NCBI RefSeq assembly: GCF_037042905.1
Contig: NC_087249.1
Coordinates: 14,880,001 to 14,944,000 of the forward strand
DNA: 64,000 nt
Origin: Lytechinus pictus
Lineage: Eukaryota
Reading direction: 5' to 3'
Shown: one piece after another, positions 47,960-62,199 of the stretch
Layout of the letters: every line of letters starts with the position of its first letter
How positions within the stretch are numbered: position 1 is the first letter of the stretch
Translations under genes and position numbers: made by a program
Notes under the pieces: model-generated
Databases searched by the model: none
Told to the model about the DNA's origin: nothing
What the model saw: the letters and a program-made list of their open reading frames with translations, nothing else

Positions 47960-48620
47960 GCACCAAAAGGCGCCGACTGTAAAAGTTAAGCGTAAGTGAG
48001 GAAATTATTATGCCATAATCAATTGAAATTGACGCAACCACATTCATGAATATTGTTAGCAACGAATCCAGTTCGGTACCTAGAGCTCTGACAGATTCAG
48101 CCAGTTGAACGATAGAATCACAAATTGACAAATGAATATGGTCAGGTAAGTAGTGCCTATGTCTAGGAGAAATAATGAATAGAGATTGCTTTTGTTCAAG
48201 AGTGACTTATTTCTTACCATCCATTCATTAACTTCTCGAAGTAATTTCTACATCAACGAAAAAAAAAGCATTGCGAAAATTAGCTAGGAATTTGGGATCA
48301 AATGAAGTTGTCTTATAAACAAAGTGAAGAGTAGAGGTCCTAATTCAGAACCCTGAAGAGCTCCGTATGGCAAATTAACCCTCTACGATATTTGGTAACC
48401 AATTGACACTCTTCATGATCCAAATACGACCTAAACCAATTATGTACAGTATTAAGAAAAAAAATCAGCGTGTAAACTATTCAAAAGTAAGTTGTGATCA
48501 ATGGTGCCCAAGGCCGACTGCAGGTCAAGCATGACCATAAAATGGCGTTTATCCATTGATAACAACAATTCTGTAACCGATAACATTATTGACCCGAAGT
48601 AAAGCCGATTCTGTGCAATG
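47960..48620 (-). mobile_element. Decayed LINE RT fragment
   Basis: DLQSALGTIDH, QGSELGPLLF and LGTELDSLLT remnants. Confidence 0.65.
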
Positions 48621-48865
48621 AATAGCTTTATAAGCAGATGGTAGTTTTTCGTACAGATTACAACGATCCAGAAGCGCCAATAATTATACTTCTTGATGTA
48701 ATTCTAACAGTATTACAAACATTTTTAAAGAGATAAAGAGATGACGATCAGAAATACATAAAACCAAGTAAATACAAAGCACAGTGAAAGTGTGATACTG
48801 ATGATTATTGCGAATTATTCTTGAAAACATTGTGAAATTACTAATTAACATTGTATTTGGCCAGC

Positions 48866-49854
48866 CAAGAAAGATCTCTACTTAGGCCAAACTGAAAACT
48901 TCTGCTATGACTTGTGGCTCGTAGCTCAGAAAGTTTCCGCTCATTCCCGGTTCTTATGATAAAGAAATACTAACGTTATTGACCCTAAATGATCTTTGAT
49001 ATTGATCACGTGACCAGAAACTCGTGCAAAATGATCAGTGATACTTGATTACCCTAGTGTTCAAGTTGTATACGATAGATCCATTTCAAAGTGGTTATGG
49101 ATTTAAAAGTTCTTCATCCAATTACATAAACTCGTGCAAGATAATACATGTAATAAGTAATACTTGCTTACCCGTTTGTCCCAGTTTCATGAAATAGGTC
49201 CGTATAACCTTGGTTAGGAATTAAATGCTGACACGCCCAACATGGTCAAAGTTCATTGACCCTAAACAACTTTTTACCTTCATCATGCTACCTTAAAGTC
49301 ATGAAATACGATCAGTGATACTTGCTTACCCTAATGTTCGATTTTATGAACTTAATCTTTAAACTTTAAAAGTTAGGCTAACATTCTAAAAAATATCTCA
49401 GCCTGGTCTGAGATTATTGTAACTAGATGACATTTGACCTTTAAATGCTTAATCATGTGACATGAAACTCAAGCTAGTAGATCACTGACACCTGATCCAA
49501 GAATGTCATGGTAACATTAAGTTTCATGAACTAGATCCATAAACTTTCAGACTTACGATGATACTTCGAAAAATTAACATTAACTAAGATTTCAATGTTG
49601 ATTACCACACCTGGTCAAAGTTTATCGACCCTGAGCTTTGACCTTGGTCATGTGACTTGAAACCCATGGAGGACGATCAGTGATAACTGTTTACCATTAT
49701 GTCCAAGTTTCATTAAAATAGGTGCATATACTTTCTATGATGAAATTTTGATGAAATTAAAAGAAAAAAATCAAAGGTGACGACGCCACAGTCGCTTCCG
49801 CCGTCGGTAACACGGCGCCTGTAGTCTCGCTGTTCTAGGCAGGCAAGACAAAAA
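48866..49854 (+). mobile_element. Helentron-associated (HINE/Tsp-like) element with internal TGACC-rich tandem units
   Basis: Several imperfect ~150-bp units (GTGACC..AAACTC..GATCAGTGATACTTG..AAGTTTCATGAA) and a 3' hairpin GTCTCGC..GCAAGAC before an A-run; related piece at 34730-34915. Confidence 0.6.
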
Positions 49855-50957
49855 TGGGAAACGCTTGAAATTCATTGATGTAATAAGATCTGATCAGAAT
49901 GTATAGTTACCAAGATATTCACAATATCAGCTTCATTGGACAAAATTGCATAAATATTTTCATGTTCAGTCACCATGCCTCCTCGTAAACGTATAATTGC
50001 CACGTCTATTCAGCTGTACAGTGCTCGACCGTCGGTTAAAAAGTCTTAATATTTCTGGTGTAAATACCGAAATTCCTTACAAAAACACCCCATCACTGGA
50101 TTGCTTTATCGTAGGCATTTGACTGTGTTTTAGGTTATAAATGCTGGTTTGTAATGTTGCCTAGCACCCCGGCCGTAGTACACTTCAGTAGATCGATCCA
50201 TGATAGGTCCATGATCGATCAACACAAGTTCTCAATTCTGTGGTAAAATAAGGTCAAAACGCTCATCAGGTTGCAATTTTTGTAAAAAATTATTAGCTAT
50301 TTGAGGAATTGCCTCATTCATCAGGCTCAGGGGGTCGAAAATAGATTAAGCTAATCAGTACAAACCTGAATCTATCTAAAAAGACCCATTTTCATTTTGT
50401 TTGGTTGCCATGTCCCTGGTGCAGGCCAACTTTCCATGCCTATCGATCCGATAAATCTTTCGCCATCACCACAGTAATTTTTATTATCATTATCATTATT
50501 ATTATCATTTATTCGGCAAAGGAAATTACAAAAAACGCAATAAATTTCAGCATAAAGAATACAAGATAAAAATATCAACCACTGGAACGCCATGGACAGA
50601 AGAAATTAACCAAATCAGAGGCATAACCTAAAGCCTTCTGCCCCAATTCAAATGGTTGATTCACAATCTACATTATAATGTAAAGTAAACAATGATAAAG
50701 TACTAGTAATGTGAAGGGATATGACATGCGAAAGGAGTATTCGAAAACAATCTCCCCGACATTCGAACTGATGGTGAATAGCTGTTGTTACACTAGGAAA
50801 TTAGGTAGCCTCTTATGGTTCGCAAATTCAACGCGGAATATTTTGTTTAAATGGGATAACGTGGGGGAAACAATCATAAATGAATCATTCGATCGTGACC
50901 TACTGAATTACTAAAGTCCATCCTGCCAAAAATGGTTCATAAGTATATTGGTGATGG

Positions 50958-53900
50958 CTATAGCGAAGACTGAGCAGTCTTGGAGCTACCTTGGGGTAAA
51001 GAGACGGATGCGACTGAAGTTGGAGGTTGATCATCGTGACCGTTACCGGGTACAGAATGCTCTGACGGGTCGGTAGACTGATTTATGGATCCGGCAGGAG
51101 CAGCAGGATCTTGGTTCTGTGTTTGGCCTTGGTTTGGATCCTGCTGATCTGGTTCCGATACGCAGCACATGAGACAGGAGAGCCATATGTAGAACGATTG
51201 CCCACATGAAGCTTCAGGCAGCGGGAATTCGCCTAGGATAATAAAGAAATAAAATCGAGATTGATCTATTTAGAGATGATTAAAAATGATTATTTGCTTT
51301 TCTTAAAGGGTTTAATGTATAGCTATGATAAAGGTAGAGGTCGAAGGGTATGATGATGATTTTTCTACCATGAATAAACACTAGGACATTTTGCAATTAC
51401 TGTCTTTTAGGCATTGCGCCCTCTCCAGTGCATAGTGTGCACACTAATGTTGCTTCTACTTCTATCGCAGTACATTTTATTGCAGGGGGGGGGGGCAAGA
51501 CACAAATATATTTTGAAGAAACTTAATGGGGCGCTTTTACATTTTCTAAAGTGAATTAGAAGGATTTCAAGCACACCTTTGTTGAAGCTAGTGATATTTT
51601 TCATAAAAATGTAATTTTCTTAAATTTCGGGGGGGGGGGGGGGCTGGGGCCTTTGCGATTAGATGGATATGAACAGGTAAGGTTCTCCTTACGTTGTCGA
51701 TAGTAGATAAAGAATATTATATCCCTTACTGAAAATTTGTTATTGATTGGTCGAGGGCCCTTTACGCGTGACTAATCATAATTTCACCCGACCATAAGAT
51801 CAAAATAGTTGGTGACGTCGGGGTAGAATAGTTTTTTTTTTACATTTTGGGTCCGACTGAAAACCACGCAATCATCACTCAGGCACAGCGCACGACGGAC
51901 TGCCTCCACCGGGTAAGTCTTGTGATGCAACGGCGCTCGACGCAGGGGTCTGCTCATGGGTCTGCTGAGAGATGAGCGCAGCGCAATCAACACAGGTAAA
52001 AATGCAATGCTAGCTGAATCACATACTCTCCGATAAATAACTGTCAATGTGAAATCGCGTCTTCCTTGTTTACAATGAGTCTGTATGCCGAAAATAAAAT
52101 GAGTGATGACCATCATTAATTAGATCATCGAATGATTCGGGCCCCTTGATTTTAGTTCAGCAGGGTTAGTTCACAATCGGTAAGAGGAATTATGAGAAGA
52201 TCGATCTCACTAGTACAGCCGCCGCGCCGCGCAACACCAAACCACCTTGGCTGATGCTTGGGAGCCGACGGTAGTTTATTCTCGGTCGGTCTGGCAATGT
52301 TACTATGTTTAAGTAGTAATTGCCGAACCAACCTCGGACAACGATATGTCCACTATACTTTCTCAAACCCAATATATTTTTATGATATAAACGGTGCATT
52401 ACCTGTCTGGGCGTACTCTCTTAGATCCTTTTCGAGTTTCATAAGTTTGTCTTGGGTGCTGTTCTTTGCTTTTCCACCAGCTGTAAGAGAACTCCCTCCT
52501 AATTTCCCTGCAGCCGCAAACACCAAAGGTACTGCTGTGACAACGTACTCGACGAATGAAGAAACATGAGTGGTTCTGTCAATGAAGACAACAATGAGAG
52601 CGACGATGACAAGAAAGACTATTCCGATGATGATGTGCTTGATAGTATTGAAGACATGACTGTACAAAGGTAGCCATTTTCGGATAATGTCACGGAGGAG
52701 ACTGGACTCTATCGTGAATTGTAATTGCGGAGATCCGTCACCTGTCTGCTGAAAGATTTTGTTTTGCAAACTGTCATCCCGGTCCACTTTTGTGCCGACA
52801 GAGTGAATCTTGCTGAAGAGGTGTTGGTAGCTGTCAAAAAACTGAATTATGTTAGCAACAAAGAAAAATGCACCAAGGATGATATTGAGCCAGACGGGGC
52901 TTCCATACCTAATATTTATGGCTATTCCAATTGAGGTTAAAACAATGATTTCGACCAAGAGCATAGCTGTCGCTGAGAATCGGAAAAAAACAGAAAATTA
53001 CCACAGCAATGTAGTAAAGAACCCTCGTCTTCTTACTCTTCCAGTTGTATTGTTCCTCAATGAATTGTCCTTGAGTACCATTGTCACTAAGGCGGTACTT
53101 GTAAATAAAGTACAAGAAAACTACAGCTCCATCAATGTATAAGATGTTGGCTAATCCAAAATCAAGACCCCATGCATTGGTTCGGGTGAACATCTCTCCA
53201 CGCTGGAAACTTCTGTAAGCGTATTCATCAACTCGGGTGGCATACCACAGGAAAGCTACAAAGTAAATGATGAATGGTACAGCATAAACCAAGGCCCAGT
53301 ATGTCATGTTGAACATTTTGTGATGCCGTGTGTTATTTGAAGCAAGCATGAGCAACACAGGTGGGATAAGATTGATTCGTAAGATGTTTACTGACTCTCC
53401 AGAGCCTTCATCCTGGTAATTAAAATTTCTGGAGTAGATCCTCCACAATTCCCAGATGAGGGCCAAGAAGAGCAAAATGTAAGTAATCCCAAAAGAAATA
53501 GTAACGATAGTACATCCAATTGTAAACGAAGGGTAAACTAAACAGTTGTCCTGATCACATGTCTCTATATTCATGATATTCCAACATTCGTAATAGCTGC
53601 TCGATTGCAGATCGAAGAGACTATAACCAGGAATCAACGTAGCCCCAAACAACGGTGAGCTTAAATACCTTTCTTTACATAAGACGTCATCCTTGACATC
53701 CTGTGAAGCACCACCTGTATTCTTCAACTGACGCCGAACTTGACGCAGGACTTTGGACAATGTATATCCCAAGCAACCATCGGAATACGATTCGTTTAAT
53801 GCTCCAGTGTTGTCGATTGTGACATTGACCCAGTGAAACCCGAAGCTCAGAGTGTTCAGAGACAAAGACTTGTTGTCGTAGGGGAAATGGAGTAAGGTTT

Positions 53901-54583
53901 TTCCCCTGCCACCAAGCCCCCAGTGCCAGACCGATGGGTTACTCTGCTCTGAGTTGTCTGGTAGGTTGTCATCGATAAAGACGAGATTGATTCGTACTAG
54001 GCTAACATAATCGTTGGTAACATTAAGTCTTGAGATGATTGATATGCAAAGCCTTTCATACGAATTGATAAAGAGCGAAATGATATTCCTTTGATTTACA
54101 ATGCTATGTATGTTTAAATTGTCACTTCCCACTCTATATTTTGGTGTTAATTGTTTCTGATGTTAGATATTTTGTATTTTGTATTTTTGATGTTGTTTGT
54201 TGTTGTTGTTCATAGTTATCTTGACATGTATTTTAAACTGCAGGGCGCCTTTGTAAAGCAGTTTTAAGAACTGAACAGGCCTACCCTGCAGTATAAAATA
54301 AATAAAACAAAATAAATAAATAAATAAATAAATAAATTCCCTGCACCGTGCCATCAGAAATGTTTAGCTCTTTGGTGCACGGTAAGTCCATCTTTGTGTC
54401 ACTTTGGATGAACAGCGAGTCGCTGTCCAACGAAAAACGGCGATATATGGCAGAATCCTCAAGGTCCAGAGACGTCCCCTTGTGTTGCGTTAAGAGCAGT
54501 ACCATAAGCAAGGAGAGAAGAAATAACAGAGGGATGCCTACCATCAATTTCCTGTTGATGTTTAATTGCTTTTGGTGAGCCAT
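50958..54583 (-). pseudogene. Membrane-protein gene copy B, disrupted (main exon 54583-52403, last exon 51232-50958)
   Basis: 298-bp LINE-tail insertion at 54041-54338 brings a stop at ~codon 101; A7 versus A6 frameshift at 52984-52990. Confidence 0.9.
54041..54338 (+). mobile_element. 5'-truncated CR1/L2 LINE 3' end with (AAAT)n tail
   Basis: Absent in copy A; ATT at both junctions; CTGCAGGG..CCCTGCAG stem-loop before the tail. Confidence 0.88.
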
Positions 54584-54755
54584 TCTGGGTATCTTTGCAA
54601 TCTACAAATATAAAAAATGTCAATACTAAAATTAATTATGTTACCGGGATTCCTTTAATAGGTACACTCATATCAATTTTTTTCGAGAAAAGGTTATATT
54701 TCGTTTTCAACATCATGATTTTAGTCTAGGTGAATTGATTTTCTATTTCTTTTAA

Positions 54756-55336
54756 AGGGATGGTCCGGGCTGAAAATATTTATACCTTAATACATAAAGT
54801 AGAATTCACTGAGAAAAATGCCGAAAATTTCATCAAATCGGATAACAAATAAAAAAGTTATAGAAAATTAAACTTTAGCAATATTTTGTGAAAACAGTCG
54901 TCATGAATATTCATTAGATGGGCTGATGATGTCACATCCCCACTTTTTGTTTTCTTATGTTGTTTATACATAAAATCATATTTTTTCATTATTTCATACT
55001 TGTGTGAATAATATGTCTCCCTTATAATAAAATAAGTTGCAGTAATAAATATCTAATGCACTAAATCAGTTGTCAATCCAATTTTTCTAGTTCTTGGAGG
55101 AAAAAATTGAATAAACCTAATTTTATATAATAAAATACAAAAGAACAAGTGGGGATATGACATCATCAGCCCACCTAATGAATATTCATGACGACTGTTT
55201 TCACAAAATATTGCTAAATTTTAAAATTTAATAACTTTGTTATTTGTTATCCGATTTTGATTAAATTTTCGGCATTTTGCTCAGTGAATTCTACTCTATT
55301 TATTAAACTATAAATATTTCAGCCCGGACCATCCCT
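54756..55336. mobile_element. Kolobok-type MITE (copy B)
   Basis: TTAA TSD and same TIRs as 19815-20397. Confidence 0.88.
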
Positions 55337-55439
55337 TTAAGATGATAATTCATGTTAATTTTTGGGTCATGTGGGCCTTCCCATACATTGCTCGCTCGTA
55401 GCCCGGCTCCACGTCACACCATAAGTATACACTAAATAC

Positions 55440-56590
55440 TAGTAAACCAAAGAACATGATATTTGGGTCCAAGCAGCGGCTCCATAATTTAAAATTTTTT
55501 AAGATTGTTAATGGTAAAAGGGAAAATGAGTGAGTATCCAGTTTTAAGTATCTAGGTGTCATACTCGATGAAAAAATTTCATGCGAGAGGCGCATAGATC
55601 ACATCGCTGAAAAGATTTCATGAAAAATTGGATTTCAACGTCGATCTGCAAAGCTTTATATCCCGGATGACATTTTTACACTACTCTGTAATGCTTTGCT
55701 CATGCCTAATTTGATTATTGTGACGTAGTTTGGTCTAATATTTCACTCGGTTTCCTTGACAGACTTACTAAATTGCCAACAGAATGACAAGAATGATCTT
55801 AGGGGCCCATCCGCGAACTCATTTATTTTTCTGTCCTATAATGGAGAGATCTCTTTTCCAGACGGCATTTTCACCGAAATGTGTGAAGTATTTAAATATG
55901 TTAACTGTATTGCTCCCTCATATTTAAGTGAACGATTCATTAAACATAATTATGATATTAGGACAAGATAAATGTCCACTGCCTCTCTTCAGGTAAACAG
56001 TGCACAATAATAGGGGCAAGAGGACGTTTCAATACATCGGGACCGCCGACTGGAATAATCTTAGGAAAGATCAACGCTAGACAATATTCCTCAACTCATT
56101 CCGTGCCTCAATTAACGAATGAAAATGGATAAGCCTTGCAATGCAAGATACACAGCAATGAGTAGTTGATTTATATTCTAATTGGGCAACATTTACGTTA
56201 CTCCAATTCTACTCCTTACTCATTCCTCAACATATTCTCAAATTATTTCTTAATCAATTGAACAATACTCTAATACCAGTCATCCTTCCGTTTCCTGTTA
56301 AATCGTATTTAGCGGTTTCCGATTGCCTTAACCTTTTTTATTTGTCTTAACTTTAAAGTAAAGCTATTTTTGCAATTCAATATGATCTTTTATATGGTTG
56401 TATTTTAATGCTTATCAATCTATTTTTAAAGAAATAATGTAATACCTGTATATGCCATTTTGATTGATATATTCTTTGTAAATATTGCAGAAGTTGATTT
56501 TTTATCCCAGGGCCCTCAAGGACAGTAGTTTATGTAACTGAGGCCTCCCTGATTAACTAAAACTGAAAATGATTAATGAATTGATAAATG
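55440..56590 (+). mobile_element. Decayed CR1/L2 LINE 3' fragment (copy B)
   Basis: Duplicate of 20500-21650. Confidence 0.75.
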
Positions 56591-58714
56591 AATTAAAAAT
56601 ATTAATAAATATATGACATTTTGCCAAGGACGAGATGACACAGAAACAATTGTTTTTAGTGGCAGCGTGTCTCAAATAAAAGGTCCCTGCCATTTATCAC
56701 TAGAAAATTATTAATTCAAGTTTGATATGAAATATAGGTTACATATTTGGAAACCTCAATTTATTTACAGGTCTTCGCTAGTCCCGAGTTCAGTTCACAA
56801 ACCCTGACACGTGATGGTGTAGGTATGTCATATGAATTCAATGAATTCAGTTATCATAACAAAAACAATGAGGAGTCGATAAGACTGACCAGTACATGTA
56901 TATATTTGGCGTCCTTAAGTTCAAAGCCCATTTTGGCACCCATTACCTATCAATTTGGCAACGCTCAAGTTTGATCAATATGACGCCCCTACACGTTTAA
57001 GATCAGTTCAGTTGACATTGCCCCCCCCCCTATATTCCGCATTATAACGCATTTTCCTCCTAATGTCCCCCTTGTCTTTCTCTCTACATTATATAATCCC
57101 TATTCGCTTCTTTTTTCTCCCCCTTTCCCTTTCTCATCTTTCACCTATTTATCTCTCCATTCACTTTTTTTTGCCCCCCCCCTTTCGCACCAACCTTTTA
57201 TTTCGCCTATCCGGTTAAAATTGCCTCGTTGTGTCCTCCCCTGGATACACGCATGATGCTCCCACGCATTTCCGTAAATCACTGTGTCATCTATGCTGTT
57301 TGTGTTATTATCCAGGGTATTGCAGGGGAGAGATTCAGCTTTCGATTAACCTTCCTGCGGCAAACCACATTCTAGACAACATCCGCCATCCAGCAAATAT
57401 CCGGGAGTGTTTTTTTGTTTTTCAAGGGGGAGGAGGGAGGGGGTACTCGGGTTTGGAATGGGTTGGGGAGTGTGGCCCCAAACTGATACCATAGTTGAAG
57501 ACCTATACAGTTATGCTAACGTTCACCGATTTATTCAGTTATAATGGGGTGGTGGAAGTTCTTGGACGAACCTCGCTTTTATAAAACATACTAGTGCTGA
57601 ATTTGGCATCCTACAGCCTAGACAATAACATAAATAATTTTCCTGACCTGTATGAATGGTTTATATTAAAGGTACCCAATCTTTTACCAGAACTGGAGTA
57701 CGTCCCATAATACATTGATGAACGTGCTCTTATTGTAATTGCCGATCTACCCCCACGACATTCGTCTACCACATGTTTCATCTGATCCCACATGGGCTAA
57801 TCCTAGTTCGTCTACAGCCACTTCGTCTATCCTGGTCTGACATTCAATTCAATTTAATTAAATTCAAATAAACATTTATTTTCTTCCATTACGTTACATT
57901 TTTCATAAATATTAATTCATAAAAAAATATTTGTTATTAAAAAAAAAAATATGTACATATTGAGTTTAAAGAAGATAGCGTATACCCTAAAAGCTGAGGC
58001 TTGTGGCGGGATACGCCTATAGACAGAAATACAATACAATTCAGCCCAGATGTTACCTCGTTTGATTTCCATGATAACCATTTGGTATAATGTCCATAAT
58101 GATCTACTCCACCTAGTCTATTATGCTTTAATAGGTGAACTGTTTTAAGAACCATATTGTTAGTAGACGAAGTGGAAATTAGACCAACAGGGCGTTAGAC
58201 GAAATGAGAATTAGAATAAGTGGGTATTAGAGCAAGCGTAGATCGTATGCCAATTAAAACCAACAATAGTGGAAAAATGAATATAAACCACATGTATCTT
58301 TAACCGACATGAGTTAGTTAACTTAGATTTAGAAACTGTATACATGTACGCCTACACATGGGAAATACTTATATCATACTACTATTATATCATGTAGCAG
58401 AAGTAATCATGTAAATAATGAAACTTACCACCAATTTACGCTGAACATTTAACTGGATGAAACGAATACCTTGTTACTGCGTTGGAGATGGGCAGGCAAA
58501 TTGCGACCTATGAAAATACGGCAGATTTTTAAAGACAGACAGATCTGAATCGATATACTTTCGATGTCAGGCCAATTGAAAGTCTAGTTGAAGCTACATA
58601 CGCGTTTAAGTGTGTAGTTAATGGCCTCTATCAAAACCACATTCCCATGACTATACTTTCAGGAAGTTTATGACAAAGGTACATCCGTATCGGAAAACCG
58701 AGAGGCGAAACCTG

Positions 58715-60757
58715 GGGCCCATTTCATAAAGGTACAGCGTCAGCGTCAAGTCCCAAAACAGCATCAAATTTTCACTTGCAGCGTCAAATTTAATATTTGA
58801 CGCTGCAGCGCATTTCATAAAAAGTTGACGCTCCAGTGGGAGCGTCAACTTTTTACTGGAGCGTCAAGTATGGTTACTGGAGCGTCAAATAGGGTTAAAT
58901 ATTTGACGCTGGTCATGGGGGAGCGTCAAGTTGACACTGTAAAAGGTTTTTCATTGTGAAGAATGGCATACGTTGTGCTCAGGCATGCCCAAAGGGCTCT
59001 TACAAGAGAACGGATATCTAGATCGAGCAATGTCTATGATAATAATGCTAATGAATAATATATTAAGGTAATGCTTTCTAGTAGAAATGCCGTTTCTTTT
59101 TTGTTGTTCTACCTATCCCCCCCCCAAAAAAAATGTTAAAAAATTCCTACGAAACAGCAAATTTTTCAGTCTTTCCCAGGGCAGGCAAAGGGAAAAAAGG
59201 GAGGTTATAGACAGACTTAAAAACAAAAAAAAATTGAGAGGATTTTTTTTCTTGTGGGAAAAAATAGAGGAAGGTAGATCTATTATGTGGAAGTGTTTAA
59301 TTCAAGGCCTAAATTAAAAAAGCCCTAGGCCATAAACAAGGTTACACTTCGGAATTCCGAAGGTTCTTTATTCCGAAGGTCCATAATTCCGAAACACGTA
59401 AATTGCCTATACCTCGACGTTCGTTAATCTGAAAACGTAAAAGGGTTCGTTAATCCGAACATTTGTTGCGTTATTTCGAAGGTTCGACAATCCGAAAACG
59501 AAAAAAGGTTTGATGTTCCGAAGGTTCGTTAATCCAAGAACGAAATAAGGTTCGTTGTTCCGAAGGTTCGTCAATCCGAAAACGAAATAAAGTTTGTTAG
59601 TCCGAAAACGAAATAACGTTCGTTAATCATTTCGTTTTCGGACTAACGAACCTTCGGAATTACGAACCTCATTTCGTTTTCGGATTAACGAACCTTCGGA
59701 ATTACGAACCTCACTTCGTTTTCGGACCAACGATCCTTCGGAATAATGAAGCTTCGGAATTACGAATGTATGCGATAAAAAAATGATTGCTTTTTTTTTC
59801 AGTTTCTGACTTTCTAAAAAAAAAAAAGTTGTGGCCATGGCATTGTTGAATCCATTTACTGAATGGTTATTCACTGTTGAAACCGATAACTTAAAAATCA
59901 TTTCCATTTTGAACAAAAATAATCTTTTAAGGTCATTTTCGATGTTTCATGCATAATTAGAGCCTACAAATTTACTTGCTTCAGGGTGATTTTTAACAGC
60001 ACTGCACCTGCAGTGGCCTGCGCCTGCCTTGTTGTTGATACAACCTTGCATTACCGACACAAATAGTGTGGGACTGGGATTAAACTTGTACGGTAGAAAC
60101 TTTGTTGAAGGTGAAATTTCGACCGGCAATAATGATGCCTTTTTACTTTTTTCAAAATAATTTTTTCCATGGCATAGGGCTAAAATATATCAATTCTCTG
60201 AAAACTTACACAATGGAGAATAATGCTATGCCATCCCAGGAAAAATTAGTATTTTCTTCTTACTCTCTTCTAGAATTGCAAGCCAGGCATCACCATAGAG
60301 CCATCACTCTGTATCAACGGCTAGTCTTATATGCTGCAGACCCTGTTTGCAGCTGCTAAATAACAATTTCGCTCCCAAAAAAATTTACAAGCAAAAAAAA
60401 ATATATATTCTCCTTCAATTTTGTTTCTTCTAATTTTGCTTCTCAAAGGTGTGGGGGGGGGGGCACAGGCCGGCTGTGCCCCCCCCCCCGGATCCGCCAG
60501 TACTTTCTACCTAAACTTATGACTTGAATTGAAAACAAAAAACTGGAGAGAAAGGGGATTTCCCCCTAATCAGCCTCGTACATGACTATTCAAATAATTC
60601 GCTGGAAAGTCAAGCTGACTTTCCAGCGAATGTGCTTCTATGAAATGCAAAGTTGCTAGCATAGCAAGTTGCTAGCATAGCAAGTAAAAGCTGCTATTCT
60701 ACCAGAGTTGCTATCATAGCAACTTGCTATGATAGCAACTCTTTATGAAATAGGCCC
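58715..60757. mobile_element. PIF/Harbinger-type composite insertion specific to copy B
   Basis: TIR GGGCCCATTTCATAAAG/CTTTATGAAATAGGCCC, CTG/CAG flanks; empty site AACCAGGAC at ~23794; nested TTCCGAAGG-repeat MITE at ~59345-59770. Confidence 0.85.
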
Positions 60758-61400
60758 CAGGACTTTAAAAAATGGTATTACATGCAGTCGAACCATGTCG
60801 AACCAACTGTTGGAATTTTGACTTATGAAAACTATTCAAGTTTCAATATCGCTGCAGTTCTCATTGACAAAATAATTTTCTTTTACTTTTTTTTTCTTCT
60901 TCTTCAATCTCCTTCTCCTTCATTTCTCATAACCTTCTTCTTCGTCCTCCTCTGTTTTGTGTGTGTGTTGGTGGAGGGGGGGGGGGTGCTGTTAAACATA
61001 TTGGACTAAATTTGGAAGCGGATATGGACTCTCCTAAACAAATTATGTCAGCACGAAGCGCAAGCTAAACATCTTTTATTTCCCATCTGAAAACGAGATA
61101 TGTCTATGAAGTCCGGACCCACATTGTAACACTCTAAATTTCATAGATCTGAAATAAATAAAGACCGACTGGAGTCTGGGACCGATCGAATTCCAGAGTT
61201 CCAGAGTCCCATAGAAGCTGAGCACTAATCTAAGTCCTTCAAGGCCCCAAGCCCCAAAACACCAACATTTCAGTCCAAAACCCAGATAACGACAGGCACT
61301 TAGCCAACCCAGATCCACTACAAATCCATGGTAGTGTATGAATTTTGATGCACCATCATGACCATACGTCGATCGAGCGGTTACGTTTATTACTAATGGT

Positions 61401-61436
<36 letters not shown>

Positions 61437-62128
61437 CTCTAAAAGCATTTTTGCAGCTCAAAAGGCTGAATTAAAAATAATCGTACAAGGTAAGCGATTC
61501 TCATAGAACTGTAAACAACAGTTTACGATGTACTTGTGATGTGTTTTGGGGGGCATTTTGGACTGGTTGACGGCTGGACACCCCTGGTCATCGTACAATG
61601 GCCGAGGCTCTCATGAGTCTCAGGTAACATCAGAAGGGTGATCGGACAAAGATAATTAGGAGTTTTGATCTTCCGATGTCCCTGGTACCGATCTTTCTAT
61701 TCTTGACACATCGTTAAAGTATCGTCCAATTTCCTGCCGTGAATCGACCGGTGTCCCTGGCATTGGAGGTCAAGTCCTTGAGAGCAGGCATCGAACAGAC
61801 ATCGGTTGATTATCGATCAACGTCTAGGTGTCCGGACATTAGTCACTAACCGACCGATGTCTGACCGGTATGCATCGACGTATGATCTATGTATGGCCTA
61901 TTTGCTTTGACATCGGCCGGACAACAGCCGGTGATTACAGATGCATCAGGGGCCCTTGATAAACCGCGTTTTTGTACACTAAACAAGACACCACAACACA
62001 GGAAGATGCAAAGAGGGAAAGTGAGCTATATATATATATATAAATATATCTAACGATATTACATTCTGAGAGTACCAACAAAGTTTATTTCCAAGTCTTG
62101 GAAATAAACTTTGTTTACCTCTTTTCCT

Positions 62129-62196
<68 letters not shown>

Positions 62197-62199
<3 letters not shown>

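Noticed and set aside
52909-54132. Independent 407-aa gene
   Set aside because: Fragment of copy B: the N-terminus comes from the LINE insert and the C-terminus from a frameshift
59345-59770. CRISPR-like array
   Set aside because: Degenerate TTCCGAAGG/CCTTCGGA units in inverted arrangement, no unique spacers, eukaryotic MITE context
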